Source: Tubulanus polymorphus (lineage: Eukaryota > Animalia > Nemertea). From it: DNA of 64,000 nucleotides. Below the pieces are notes generated by a model. That model had not been told where the DNA came from. It did no database searches and saw nothing but the letters and a program-made list of their open reading frames with translations. The stretch lies in the NCBI RefSeq assembly GCF_964204645.1, contig NC_134028.1, positions 27,090,345 through 27,154,344 of the forward strand. Direction: 5' to 3'. Every line of letters begins with the position of its first letter. The stretch's first letter is position 1. Position numbers and translations under genes: made by a program. Positions 27,565-41,145 of the stretch are shown piece by piece.

Positions 27565-30500
27565 ATGACTTGTAAGTATCACACCCGCAGCTGCAGGTTC
27601 GGCAATCTTTCTCAACTCGTCGATCTTGTTTTCAAATTAATTGCTTTCTGTATGTGTATATTTAAAGCTGAATCGTATGAATGTGAAAGGAAGAGTTTAT
27701 TGAATCGACTTCTCGACGCAGTTAAACAATGTCAGGTCCGGTTTGGAGGAAAGAAAGAGCTCGCTACAGATGCTGATAGTCGGTAAATCATCATCTCTGG
27801 CTAAATTACATACCCCGCACTAAATGCATCAATTTTCTTTGTTGACAAAAAGGGAGCACTCAACAACTTTTATAAGTTTCACAAGTCTCCCTGGATCCGG
27901 TGTGGATCCGGCGCTATAGTAGTTAACCCCATTAACTACAGTTACATCAGTAACCTCTCTCTATATATCCCGTCACACACACAGTGGATATTACAAAATC
28001 TTCAGAATTTGCTGGAGCAAACCTAATATTGCCCCTAAGTGCAGACTTAGCGAACGTAATATTGCCTTTAGGACTGGATTCAATGTGTCTTTAAGGATGT
28101 GACAAGTCCTCCCAAAAATAGCCCCTAGAGTCGCCCCCTAAGGACTCCCTGTGATTATCATTATATTCTCTGCAATAACTGCAATCATGTTTGAACAGTT
28201 ATTAACTTGTGATTTGTAATATTTTGCAGAGTTGTTTGTTTATGTAATTATTGGGAAGCAGTTCTTCAACATGGAATTAAACACACTGGTGCTGGGGGTA
28301 AAGCCCTCTCAACTCTTAAGTAAGATACTTCACAAATACCAGTCTGTTCGTTCTATGATCTCATTACTCTGAAATCATCTATACTTTCACAAATCTGATT
28401 CAATTGACAGGTTTTATTACTTGTCATTGTATAAGACAGTCATCATATCACTGAAATTATCTCTATTTTTGAGTCCCTATTTGTTTTCTGCAATTCAAAC
28501 ACTGATTGTCCTAGCTATGGATAACTTAAGAGTCTGGGGCTGCAGATGCTCAAAAGTCGATAGTGAATAAGAGAAGTTCATCGTTACTGTAATGTCTTTG
28601 TTTGAGCTACTGCTGTCTGTGTTGGTCATCTTCACTGAATTCATTCATTTAATGAAGTTGTTTTTACTTGTTTTCAGGCAGGTCACTGAAAAAGCTGGAC
28701 TGGCAAACATTCCCGGCGTTTCAGATATCAAAAACCTTGAAACAGAACCAGGTATGAATTATTAGAATTCAGTTCTACTCATTTTCTGGATTTAACTCCA
28801 CAGTTCATGACTCGGGTTCCAATTGTGGTTTAAGTTTGACTCAACAGACAGTGTTCCACAGAGATGTTCAATCAGTTCATTTTCATTAAGTTAACTCTCA
28901 GTGCAATCTTCAACTGTTGAACTGGAATGATTTCCCCTCAAGAGTCAATACCTATGACTGTTGAGTGAACGGCCTTTTTAACTCTATTTCATGAACTCAA
29001 CTGTATCCGTTTAATGTTTCAGAATTTTTCCATTACGTCAAAGAAATCCTGAACAAACACGAACAACAGAGATTTTTCATGTTGAAGCATATAACGACAG
29101 ACGCGGGCCGGGGCCGGGCCTGGCTGCGGGCGTCGTTAAACGAGAACTCATTAGAGAGATACATGCATTGTGTGATCGCAAACGAAACTCTTTTGTCGTA
29201 AGTTTTCTAGAGATAATTTTAAACTCCCTCAATACAGATAGAAAAACCATTCTAAAAAGGTTTCTATTTGTTAATGATCCATATAAAGTTTCGAATGTAT
29301 CTTATAATAGTCATTTTCAGGAATTCTAAAGTTTGTATCAAATAAAGATGGGAGATCATCTATTGGGTCATATACAGCATAAAAATATAATAGCTTTAAT
29401 ATACACGTATAAGAATTGAAAATGGCTATTAAGATATATTGGAAATGTTGAATGATTATCAGCTGAAATTCAAATTGAATGACTTTGCATTTTAAGCTGA
29501 AAAGAATACAATGTTTGGATATATCGAATGTGGACAGATTTCTAATAATCAACTGTATTTACACCGCTATAGACAACACAGTGCTTGATCTATTGATCTC
29601 TGATCTAGTTCACCATTCATAGATACTGTGTACAATGTATGTATATAGAGAGAAAGTGTCTTATTGTTTTAGACCCAATTGCCTTGATAGATAACCTGAT
29701 AATTTGTTACACTTGTGTTTTAAGTTTTATGCACGGTAGTTAAGAATTGTCAGCTCTCATGACTAGTCTCCAGTCCTTGTGACTGGGCCTCAGCTCTTGT
29801 GACTAGACCCCAGTCCTTGTGACCTGGTCTAAGCTCTCATGACTAGATCCCAGTCCTCGTGACAGGGCCTCGGCTCTTGTGACTAGACCCCTGTCCTTGT
29901 GACCGGGGTTCCATTGATTTCCATAGACCCACAATAACATAAAGAAAAACGAAATGAGCAATTAACGTCTTGATTCTATGGACCGTTTTCTAAAGCTGAT
30001 TTATTATACAGTTATAACATACAGCGATTAGGTTTTAGCCTGTAGCTGATGTAGCTGATGTAGCTGCTGTAGCTGCTGTAGCTGATGTAGCTGCTGTAGT
30101 AAACTGTGAAATCAGAGGTTTTTTGAGTAATATCGGACTCAATCATGTGGCGTTTATATAAATCAGAGCAAGGGAAGATTAATTGGCTAAAGGAAAAATC
30201 AAAAATGGGGCTTCAGTTGTGATAAGATCCCGGTTCTCGTGAGTAGGTCACCTCTTAATGATTGCCTTTTTACTGCGAATGTAAATGATTTGTTTACTTT
30301 ATAAGGAGATGATTTTCTGCTATTTAAGATTATTCGAGCCTTTTTTAAATCAGTTCTTCGGGTGAAATTATAAAAACCTTTATGAACCCATCTCAGATAA
30401 ACTTTTGATCCAGAAAATTTGCACATTATGATAAGATATTGGGAATTCTAAAAATCAACATTGATATCAGTTTGATTTACCCTGAATACCCAACCACATA

Positions 30501-33500
30501 GATCTATATACAACACTGACTGTACACCTTCCTCACTGCTGTGTTTCTATATGGCACACATTTCCTAGTTGTGTTTCTATATACCTCGAGATGATGATGA
30601 TCTTAGTACACCTCATCACTGTGTAATAACAGTGATAAAAGATGGCAGCACCTGTCAAATATGTTGATATATCAGTAACGTATTGAGTAGGAATTTTATA
30701 AAATTTTCCAAATTATCTCCTGTAATCAAAGGGTTTTAATCATCAATCGTGTATTCTTTATTTCAGTCAATATTATGAGAACTGGGCGTTTCTCAGAGAC
30801 ATGGAGAAGAGTTCAGTATTACCGAATATGGCAGCAGGTAAAAACTACGCTTTCAGCATCTATCGAAATCTAGATATATTTAATATTCACTGATTTACTG
30901 AGACGTTGAAATCGATATCAATTTTAGGACTAGGATCTATTCTGTTCGCTATAGCGATTGACTTAGAAGGATTGAATACTATTCGTCCTGCTCAGGGTCT
31001 CGACGGTCAGTTCTCATTCTCTCGTCTCGGAGAGATTGAACCGGATGAAGATGCGAAGCCGGTCGTTGTAGCCGTTGAACCTCTACTTTTAGGTAAAAAT
31101 ACAAACTGTGAAAATAGAAAACAAGTTGTGGATACAGTTCGACAGTCCACTGTTAGGTTTAACACAGTTTGGAATCAGTTTATTTCTAATTCTAGATTCA
31201 AATATGATCTGAGGACTGAACTGTTTTAATATTTTGCCACCGTTTTATTTGATGATTCTTGTTTTCACTTTTTTCGCAGAGAAGAAAAAAGAAAAGAAAA
31301 AGCGAAGAAAACCGGCAAAACTGGTTTCATTTGATGGAGTTGAACCAGTATGTGGACGCTCCTCACCAACCAGAGTATCCACTCCTCCAGCTCCTCCAGC
31401 TCCAAATAAACAATCTTTCATTCCTTCAAACAGTGATAATTCTTACCGTAACGATGAACTGAATATCAATTCAGCGTTGACAGCTGACGGGATAGCGGCG
31501 GATGAATCGAGAATCAGGACCGCGGCGGATGAATCGAGAATCACGACCGCGGTAGATGAATCGTTGAGTGGAATCACTGGTCAATGCGCTGATTCAATCA
31601 GTATCAGTAGCAGCAGCGCGAGTGTCACTTCCGCTGTCAATGACGAACAAGAATCGTGTATTTACGATATAAAAACTATCAATTCTAGTCAACACGAGCA
31701 GGAAACTATAGACAATATGACTATAATGACTAGTCAGCGGGATACTAGTCCGTATGCTGATGTAAACAATATGACTAGTACGACTAGTAATCAGTGTTCA
31801 TCGGATTATAATATGACAACAACGGCATTTTCAACTCCACCTTCAACTCTTCCACTAACTCGCAATAACATCAATTGTGATACTGACATGTAAGTATAAA
31901 TACCACGCCCTTCACCCAACCCGTGCAGCTGCATCTCTTCCACCAACCCGTGCAGCTGCACCCCCTCCACCAACCCGTGCAGCTGCATCCCCTCCACCAA
32001 CCCGCGCAGCTGCATCCCCTCCACCAACCCGCGCAGCTGCATCCCCTCCACCAACCCGCGCAGCTGCACCCCCTCCACCAACCCGTGCAGCTGCATCCCC
32101 TCCACCAACCCGTGCAGCTGCACCCCCTCCACCAACCCGTGCAGCTGCATCTCCTCCACCAACCCGTGCAGCTACACCCCCTCCACCAACCCGCGCAGCT
32201 GCATCCCCTCCACCAACCCGCGCAGCTGCACCCCCTCCACCAACCCACGCAGCAGTATAAATACCACCCCATCCACCCAACCTGTGCAGCTGCACCCCCT
32301 CCACCAACCCGCGCAAAAATATTAAATTCCATTCCTTCAAGATTCTATGAAACTCAGTTTTGTAGCAGTCGTGCAAGATTTGACAATTGTATTTTGATGT
32401 TCTTAGTTCTCGGGTGAAAACTCAAGCCTTGAAAACCTTTAGTAGCAAAGATTTGAACTCATAACCCAGTTCAACAGTAACTGTTAAACTGCGTCATGAT
32501 TAAGTTCATGGTGAAGTTTGACTTTGAGTTAAAATGTGTTCAATTTTGCCCGGCATTTTTGGTGTTGCAACTCTGAAGTCAAATTCTAACAGAGAACTAC
32601 GTGTTCATGCTATTGTTTTATTAATAGTTACAGTAATCAGAGTAGATCAGCACCGGTTAGCGATACGCCTGTTACGCTAACTCCGATGACACCAATAGGT
32701 GGCGACGATGAAGGTTTGATGATATATCCGGCGTCATCGAACGGAAACACATCGGATACAGCATCGATAGATTCATATAACATTCCATCGTGTCCGTATA
32801 CTGAGAGTGCTGCTCACGCATTACAACTAGCACAACTCGGCTTATCTGACAAGTAAGTATCATTTATACACTTGAACCCTGAACATTCACAGTCATCAGT
32901 TGAACCCAGAAATGGTTGTTTAAGTCTGCTTTAAAACCAAAATGAGCTTAGACTGGTCTTAAGTTGTTAAGGTCGGCTATGGATCCAAAATGAGCTTAGA
33001 CTGTCTAATGTTGTTAGATAAGTTTTAGAGCGAAAATGAACTTAGTTAGATTGGAGAGAGATAGAATTTTGGGTTACCTTTTATCCATGTTAAAACTGAC
33101 CAGGATCTGCTTCGAGGGTTTCATACTAAAACTGAAGTGTAGTTGGTCTGGTTTTGACAAATACTAATCAGGGACAGATTCAGGATTTATTTATATTGAT
33201 TGTTTAAAGCATTCCTGCTCTGAGAACTGCTGGAGATGGAAGTAATGATCCGGAATCACCGTCCGGTAAAGAGACGATGTCTACAAGCGAACTGAAACAA
33301 GCGGTCGTAGCGATGATGCTTCGTAAAGACGATGTTGAAGAAGAGAATCGTCAGTTACGAGCGTTGTGTGAAGTCGAACAGGAAACGTCTGCCGGACTGA
33401 AAGCAGAATTAGAGGAGATTCGTAAATCACATCATATTACAATCGAGAAAGATCAATCACGTATACAAGCATTAACCAGGTGACTATAAACGTTAATACA

Positions 33501-36500
33501 ATATTCCCAGCATCCAGTTCCACTTTTGTGAGTAAAAGTTAACTATGAGTTAAATCTAACTCACAACTGTGTAACTGGCAACTGGCTCTTGTAGGCCTCC
33601 CGTTGCCTGAAAAGTTTGTTCAAGTAAACCAACAGATAAATGCCAAATGCAGTTTCGATTTCCTCCATATCAGTTTTCCTCTGGTTTAGTTAATTTGCCA
33701 GTTATCCACTCGTTTAATTTAACCAGTTTTAATTGTCATCATGTCAGTTTTACACTGGTTAACTTTTCACTATGTCAGCAATCCACAGATTCATTTGAAC
33801 CTAATTCAAAGCAATTGAGCACCTGACAGTTACTGGTATGATAATAGATTGTGAATTGTGTAAATCAATGTTTCGTAGAGAAAATGAACTTCTCAAACAT
33901 CAACTGAAGAAATATGTTAATGCTGTACAGTTATTGAGAAGAGAAGGTCTGGCAGCGGAAGGTAAGTCTGTATTATACTCCTCAATCTCAGGTCTATTAC
34001 TGTCGCTTACATAATGTGTGGTATACATGTGTGTTTTGACAGGTAAAATAGGTGTTCATTTAGATGATATTCAGCCAGCAATACCAGCCAGTAAACCACA
34101 GATTGATTACAGTCACGAAGCATCTGAATATGAAAAGAAGCTCATACAGGTTTGTGTAAAACTATCTCTGATATTGAGAGTGTTGAGAAGTGGTTTCGGT
34201 AACAGGAAGTTATTGATCTATTGTTACAGGTTGCTGAAATGCACGGAGAACTGATCGAATTCAATGAATCACTACACAAACAATTACTATCAAAAGAATC
34301 ACAATTAAGAAGACTTCGTCAAGACCTCATTGAACTGAGAGGACCGGTTAGTATGGAACCATTCGCAATGGTGAACCATTTATAATGTATTCATCTAATT
34401 TAATCGGTAAAATTTTAAGACTTTAAAGGTGAACTAGATTTGTTTAGAGTACGAGCTTTCATTACTAGCGCATATAGCAGCTTTAAATGACCAATGGGAG
34501 CCGAGATCTTACAGATTTTCTGATGAAAGTTTCAGTCTAGATAAATTGTGTTTTCAGCTGCCAAATCATCATGAAGAACATACGGATGACAACACCAGCA
34601 TCTCTTCAGATGCAGATGTGTAAGTGTTGAAATGGTTGTGTTCACTATTGATAATGTTTTTATATCTGAAGTCCGGGGGGCGGGGTTGGTATATCAGACC
34701 TGCTTCCGGGGGGGGGGGGAGGGGAGTATATCAGACCAGCTTCCCCTACGATATCTCTGTAGTAGTTTATATGATAATTCATGTCTCATTACGATGCTTT
34801 TAATCACTATCATAAAACATACATTGATCAGTGATTTCTGGTGATAACCATAGAAATTATGATTCCAATATGAATAGCAGCCAATTCAATAAATTATAAT
34901 ATCTAACAAAAAGCAATGTCAATGCCCGACCTGGGTTTTGGGGGTTATTTGCACTGTAGTTAACCCCAGTTGTATATGTGTGTGTTTGATGTTTGTGTTA
35001 TTTGATATTTAGATTGTCACCAACATCTCGACCATTGATAAACATCTGGATTCCTTCCGCGTTCATGAGAGGTGTAGGAACTGAATCACATCATGTTTAT
35101 CAGGTCAGTTTACAATAGATCTGTCGTGTTGAAAACTTGATTGAATTTACACGTAACCAGACCTTCAGCCTGCCAGCATCCATCTGCAACCTGGAACCAG
35201 CCCTTCAGCCTGCCAGCATCCATCTGCAACCTGGAACCAGCCTTTCAGCCTGCCAGCATCCATCGGCAGCCTGGAACCAGCCCTTCAGCCTGCCAGCATC
35301 CATCTGCAGCCTAGAACCAGCCCTTCAGCCTGCCAGCATCCATCTGCAGCCTGGTACCAGCCCTTCAGCCTGCCAGCATCTATTCAGATATTCTGCAGCC
35401 TGGAACACATAATCATTGTTATGTGAAATGTGGATGATCAAAAATTCGAACACTGAAAATTGGTGATAAAATGTAAATTGTCTCAAGGTTGCAGGATTCA
35501 TTCATTATTGCCTCACATAAACATCTCACACTAGGCCTATGAGACACATCATTAAGGTGCATGTAGTCACTTTCATCAGCTAATTGTAAAACTTCTGATG
35601 TTTGCTGTTGATAGTCACAGCGGTTTCAAACAGTTGTTCACTAAGTCACCATTATCAGTACCTGTTTGATAAGGCGCGGGCTGATAATAAACAGGGGATT
35701 TGACAGCTAAACGGATGACCCTACGAGTGATCAGCGTTGTGACGGACGATGTGACGGACTGGCTCTGTGTGGGTTTATGAAGGTAGTATGTTGTATTGTA
35801 GGTATATGTTCGTATACGCGATGAAGAATGGACGGTTTATAGAAGATACGCACAGTTTTATGAGTCGCATAATAAACTACGTAAAAAATACGCGATTCTC
35901 AACACTTTCGAATTTCCACCAAAAAAAGCTATAGGAAACAAGGTATGGAAATATTCAATGATTTCACTGACTATTTACCCTTATAAAGTAGTTACTTGTT
36001 GCATTATGAGTATGTGTAATGTATTTATTTCAGGGAGGTAAATTCGTCGAAGATCGACGTAAAAGATTACAGAATTATATTCGTCAAGTTATAAATTGGC
36101 TCGTTCAAAATAATGCACAGTTAGCATCGAACGCTTGCAAGGACAATCTGATCGCATTGGTGCCAGTTCTCGGGTAAGTGTTACTCCCCCCTCTCTCAGA
36201 CAGGGGTCAGCCCCCTCTTGCATGTGAAGGCTTTGATTTTAAGATTTAAGACCAGTCTAAACTCATTCTATAGCCGATTGAAATATTTAAGATCAGTGTT
36301 ATGATTTAAGGCGTCTATTTGTGGTGACTGAACCCCGGATGATTACTGCCAGTCTGTGTATGACACAATCTTCTCCTTTATTCTTTTTAGTGAGATTCCT
36401 GACAAGAAGAAATCATCAAAAAACCGTCGGAAATCAGCGCCCTCTACGTCACAACCAGCAGGGATTCAGCCAGCACCGGTTGTAGCTGCTGATATGTACA

Positions 36501-36511
36501 TGGGACTTTAA
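27565..36511 (+). CDS. SNX29: Sorting nexin-29 (RUN domain, coiled coil, PX domain), about 18 exons
   Basis: The 7-nt first coding exon ATGACTT|gtaagt splices to ..ERKSLLNRLLDAVKQCQVRFGGKKELATDADSRVVCLC..EAVLQHG. Also present: GRGRAWLRASLNE, QVAEMHGELIEFNE, and PX domain INIWIPSAF..HHVYQVYVRIRDEEWTVYRRYAQF..FPPKKAIGNK. Stop TAA at 36509-36511. Confidence 0.95.
29750..29905. repeat. Degenerate 20-bp tandem repeat (GTGACTAGACCCCAGTCCTT-type)
   Basis: Visible periodicity in an SNX29 intron. Confidence 0.8.
31912..32313. repeat. 27-bp C-rich tandem repeat (CCACCAACCCGTGCAGCTGCACCCCCT)
   Basis: Visible periodicity right after the SNX29 donor at 31889. It accounts for five overlapping repetitive ORFs. 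Confidence 0.95.
35155..35405. repeat. 40-bp tandem repeat (AACCAGCCCTTCAGCCTGCCAGCATCCATCTGCARCCTGG), about 6 copies
   Basis: Visible periodicity. Confidence 0.92.
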
Positions 36512-36518
36512 AACAACA

Positions 36519-37010
36519 CTAATGTCTATTTCAACCTGTCTTGAGAGCATTCCAGGTGGCCTAGCTTGATCATTTTTGGTAGTACATACCTGATAAAGGT
36601 CTTAATAGGACCAGAAAGGACAGGCAGTCGACCTAAATCATCGTTTTCTAATCCATTTGAAGAATATCCAAAAAGTCTGCATTGAAAGGGGTTAAATGAA
36701 GAGAAGTGACTCCATGATTTGAAAGTTTAACAATATGTTTCCATGCCTACGTACCAAACTTCAGTTGGTAGGCATGGAAACATATTGTTTAACTTTCAAA
36801 TCATGGAGTCACTTCTCTTCATTTAACCCCTTTCAGTGAAGACTTTTTGGATATTCTTCAATACAGTTTCAAATGGATTAAAAAATGATGATTTAGGTCG
36901 ACTGCCTGTCCTTTCTGGTCCTATTAAGACCTTTATCAGGTATGTACTACCAAAACTGACTGAGCTAGGCCACCTGGAATGCTCTCAAGTCAGATTGAAA
37001 TAGACATTAG
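36519..37010. mobile_element. Long foldback (MITE-like palindrome) with ~230-bp arms in the SNX29 3' region
   Basis: 36519-36750 is the reverse complement of 36768-37010, with few mismatches and one ~11-nt indel. Confidence 0.9.
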
Positions 37011-37011
37011 A

Positions 37012-37131
37012 TTCACTTCCACATTTCTCCTGGGTTCACTTCCATATTTCTCCTGGGTTCACTTCCACAGTTCTACTGGGTTCACTTCCACAGTTCTACT
37101 GGGTTCACTTCCACGGTTTTACTGGGTTCAT
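37012..37131. repeat. 22-23-bp tandem repeat (TTCACTTCCACAGTTCTACTGGG) abutting the foldback
   Basis: Visible periodicity. Confidence 0.85.
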
Positions 37132-38421
37132 TTCTAGTTCTATTGTACTAGGTTCTACGGGAGTTGGTTTAGTTTAACTCTGGATCCAGTTGTTAATTTC
37201 AGAGGATTAATATTTTCCAATAGAATCCACTCAATTGAGACGAGAAGAAAAAAGCGTGAACGAAGTTTATTTGTGCGTTCGGTTTGTCGCGGTACAAACA
37301 ATTATGAAATTGATTCCACTGATGAATTATTCAGTTTTTTGACAATCAAAATGATGTAATGTATGAAAATGAACAAATCAAAATTTTAAAACGAAACAAT
37401 TTTTGAAAATATTGATCATGAAAATGTGTGTTAAACCCGTGACTAGTGACAGACTAGGCAAATATTGTGTGCGAATTTATTCAGCTTTTTAAATTTTAAT
37501 TGTATGAATGAAAAATGTTTGATATTACCGCCAGATTACAGTAACCTATTTGCTGATTTCACACTGTGTGTGTGTCATCTTAACTGAGCATACAAGTTGA
37601 CCCGGCCGGCCAACTGCAGTTTACAAAATGGCCTGCCCGATGAAGAGCATTAATCTTATGATCATTAAATGGCAAATCAGTGATCACCTCAATGTGTCAA
37701 CTTTAGTCTCCACGTGTTTAATCGTAATTAAATAATACGGCCAAAGATTGGCCTATAGTCTGTCACAAGGTTTAGAGGTCGCCCTGATCCACAACAATAG
37801 TACATCATTGTTCTGTATATATCGATAGTGTAGTAATACATATGTATTATTTTAGTGGCTTTATCAGGTCAGATTAAAGATGCCAGTTGAAGGGAGGGGG
37901 GGTGGTTCAAGAGGCATTCCAACGAGTAATTTAATACGTATTACATTTTTGTAAATGTTTTATTTAATTTCGATTGAACATTTTGTAAAGTTGTTAATTT
38001 TGTAAATAGATATTACTCTGATAATCGATATATGGTGCTTGTTTTTCAATGTTGTGCTATAATTGTTCATGTTATAATGATTTGTGTATCTCTACACAAA
38101 CACTTGTCAAATTAATCAGAGAATTTGAGGGAATGAAACATTGAAGGTCACCCTGTCACCTGTCACCTTCAATATTAAACCCTTTTCAACGTATGAATGA
38201 ATTTTATGGAATGGATTTTAAAACTTGTCAAACTAAAAGAAGATCTGGATTTGATTTAAATTTATGGATTGAATTCAAGATTACAGTAAACCTTGCCTTA
38301 CTTGGACACGGTCATCTCAGAATTTTGACTAACTCGCGCAAAAAGGAAATAATTATTCTCTGACTTCGTATTTTTAATTCGGAATTCGTCTACGTCAAAG
38401 ATAACCGGTGGATAAATAGCG

Positions 38422-38529
38422 GGACCCAGTTCCACAGTTGTGAGTTAGAGTTAACTCCGAGTTAGTTAGTTCATTTTCAATGAGTTAACTCTGAGTCAAA
38501 TCTTAACTCAGAACTGTGGAACTGGATCC
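38422..38529. mobile_element. Short palindromic MITE (CCAGTTCCACAGTT...AACTGTGGAACTGG), member of a dispersed family
   Basis: Terminal inverted repeats are visible. Degenerate relatives lie near 9640-9760, 11600-11650, 28795-28925, 32465-32600, 33513-33580, 52990-53092 and 61810-61888. Confidence 0.75.
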
Positions 38530-41145
38530 TGAGTAACTGTTACCCTGGTATTTATCTCAGCTAAAATGGGTACCAGTAAATCAATTTATGAATAACCGCG
38601 CTCCACATTTAGAATAACTTTTCAATAAGCTCCTAGCTTGTACTGATTTTATCTGCCCCGGGTTGTCAAGGGTTACTGTAACAAGAATGTTGGAATTATT
38701 GACGCAATTGTGCAGGTTTAGATTGTCGTATGATATAGTGATGATCGGGATATATATATTATGTATTTGAAAATAGATCAAATCAAAAATATAAATATTA
38801 CAACTTTTTTGTTTGTTTCTTTGATTTTTAGCCTCGAGATTGTTTTGTATTGAGTGATATTCAAGTTCAATGGCCATGATGAGGAAAACAAACTCAAACT
38901 CCTAGAGACTGATAACATTAAACATCAACATCTATTCATACACTTAGAATGTTTAATGTTTATTCAATATTTTTTGTGTTAAACAAGTTTATATTTAACA
39001 TCTGTAATTCATAGAATTTCAAAAACGTAGAAATCTTTTTTAACTTATTTGCAGAATGCACTGAACACTGTATCGGTAGAGAGATACATAGATTATTGAC
39101 ACAGTTATACATTTCTTTACTCATTAAATTGTGGTCAATAGATATTTTTTTTCTGTGGAACCTCGTTACAACGAACTTCAGGGCACCATAAAATATATTT
39201 GTTATAACCGATAGTTTGTTGTCTCAAGTACGAAATTATTATAATTGTCCTATTTGCCGGAGTGGATTTAGGGGGTGGTTTTGGGAGTACAGACCCTTCC
39301 CACTTAGGTTGGCCTTTTCGTTAGGACAGAGGTAGTTAAATTTTTATCTCAGTTTTTCCACAATCTCTGGGGGCTGTGGCTGCTTTATTTCTCCTTGACC
39401 AAGCCTCCTTTCTCTAGATCTGCCCACATCAGAAACGTCGTTATAGCGAGGTTCCACTGTAATCTCATTTTTGGTAAACGAAAAAAAATTTTAAAAGCAA
39501 TATTCTTAAGATGAACACTAAAATGACAGTTAAGACCGGTACGTATAATTCACTAAGTTCTGTATATATAACTCCTGTCAACAACCGAAATCTATTTAAG
39601 TTTGGTTGAATTGGTAATTGCAGAAAGCGACGACTACATTCTATTTATATTCCTATAACAATAACTTGTGTATTTTAAAATTTAAACTATGATTCAACTT
39701 AATCAACATTTATAATTCATGCGTTACAAGCAGTTTAAATTGATCCTGATAGGAGTGGCACCGATAAAACAGTCCTCTCAAGTATATACACATTAAAGCA
39801 GTAAAATCTAATGATTTCAATCTATATGAATCAATCATCTCAACTGTATTTCATATTTTGCTAGGTGGCTAAGCAGAAATCTGAATGGTCTGTCCTAGAA
39901 CTGGTCACCTCATTTAGATTAACGACGAGGCAGGGATTGATCTAGGAATATGGTGAATTGCGGGGTTGAAAAAAAACTAGAAAAAAATCGGTGTGCTCTG
40001 GCGATTTTTCAGAACCACAAAAATCAACGCAATCGGCAATAAAATCCTAGGCTTGATGGTTAAACCATAGTTCTGATTGGTTGAGACGTGGTCACCTGAT
40101 ATGCAAATAGCTCACACCTAACCCAAACCCTGGATTCTGATTGGCATAGATTTTGTCGCATAACTACTGAAAATTCAATTTCAAGTATTTACTGGAGTTT
40201 TATTCTATTTCTTTCTTTTAATTTTAAAATAGGAATTGACCCTGTTATTCATTTGATCGGTGTCCCTTACAAACCCACCACACCTACTGGGAGCGAAACA
40301 GGGTTCGATTTTGAAATTCGGTTTAATTCTATTTCAACCAACTGATTATCCTTTCACTAATGATATAGCTTTTTACACAGCGATGCAGAGCTGCTGCCCT
40401 CTATAGAGTATAGGAGAAACTGAGGGCAACATCGAATACGCAATTTAAACAGCAGTAAATTTTAATATGATGAGGATTGAAATCATGTACACACAATATG
40501 ACTGTGTAAAATATCGAACTATATTTTACTGAATCATTTCAACATCCATCATTCAGTTTCATATACAAAAAGCCTAATTTTTCGAATATTTTTTAAAGCA
40601 TAGCCGATTTCACAAGCGAAAACATTGACTTTGTCGCGGTGAATCAACAGTCAAAATATCTTCAACCAGAATCATCCTTAAAATCCTAACCCCACACCTC
40701 TTCATACAGTTATTATATCTACAAAATCTACATAACATGCCATCCCTTTTGACGGCCTTATTCCCAAAAGTGATAATATCATAATTTGACTCACAATTCA
40801 TCGTTTATGATATTGAAATTTCATCCCGTGCTGAGATTTCACACAAATCAGTTTCAGGCCTGACTGACTAATCAATAACCAAAAGTGCCGGAGATAATTT
40901 AGAATTTTTTAATAATTCCACCCCAGTGTGTTGAATAACGGGCATACCGCTAAAAGTGTGTATGCAGTGCGATGTATCAATACCTACTGAATTTCACTTG
41001 GCTTGACAGGTGCTGCCATCTTTCAATAGAAATAGAGACTAATTGTCAATTACATCAGTACACCGCAGTGCGGTGTACTAGCAAAATCCATCACTGATTT
41101 ATACACCGCACTGCGGTGTAGACACACTGAAAGGGTTGACAAGAT

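Noticed and set aside
31806-32417. Five overlapping Pro/Gly/Cys-Trp-rich ORFs
   Set aside because: All come from a 27-bp intronic tandem repeat that lacks stop codons.
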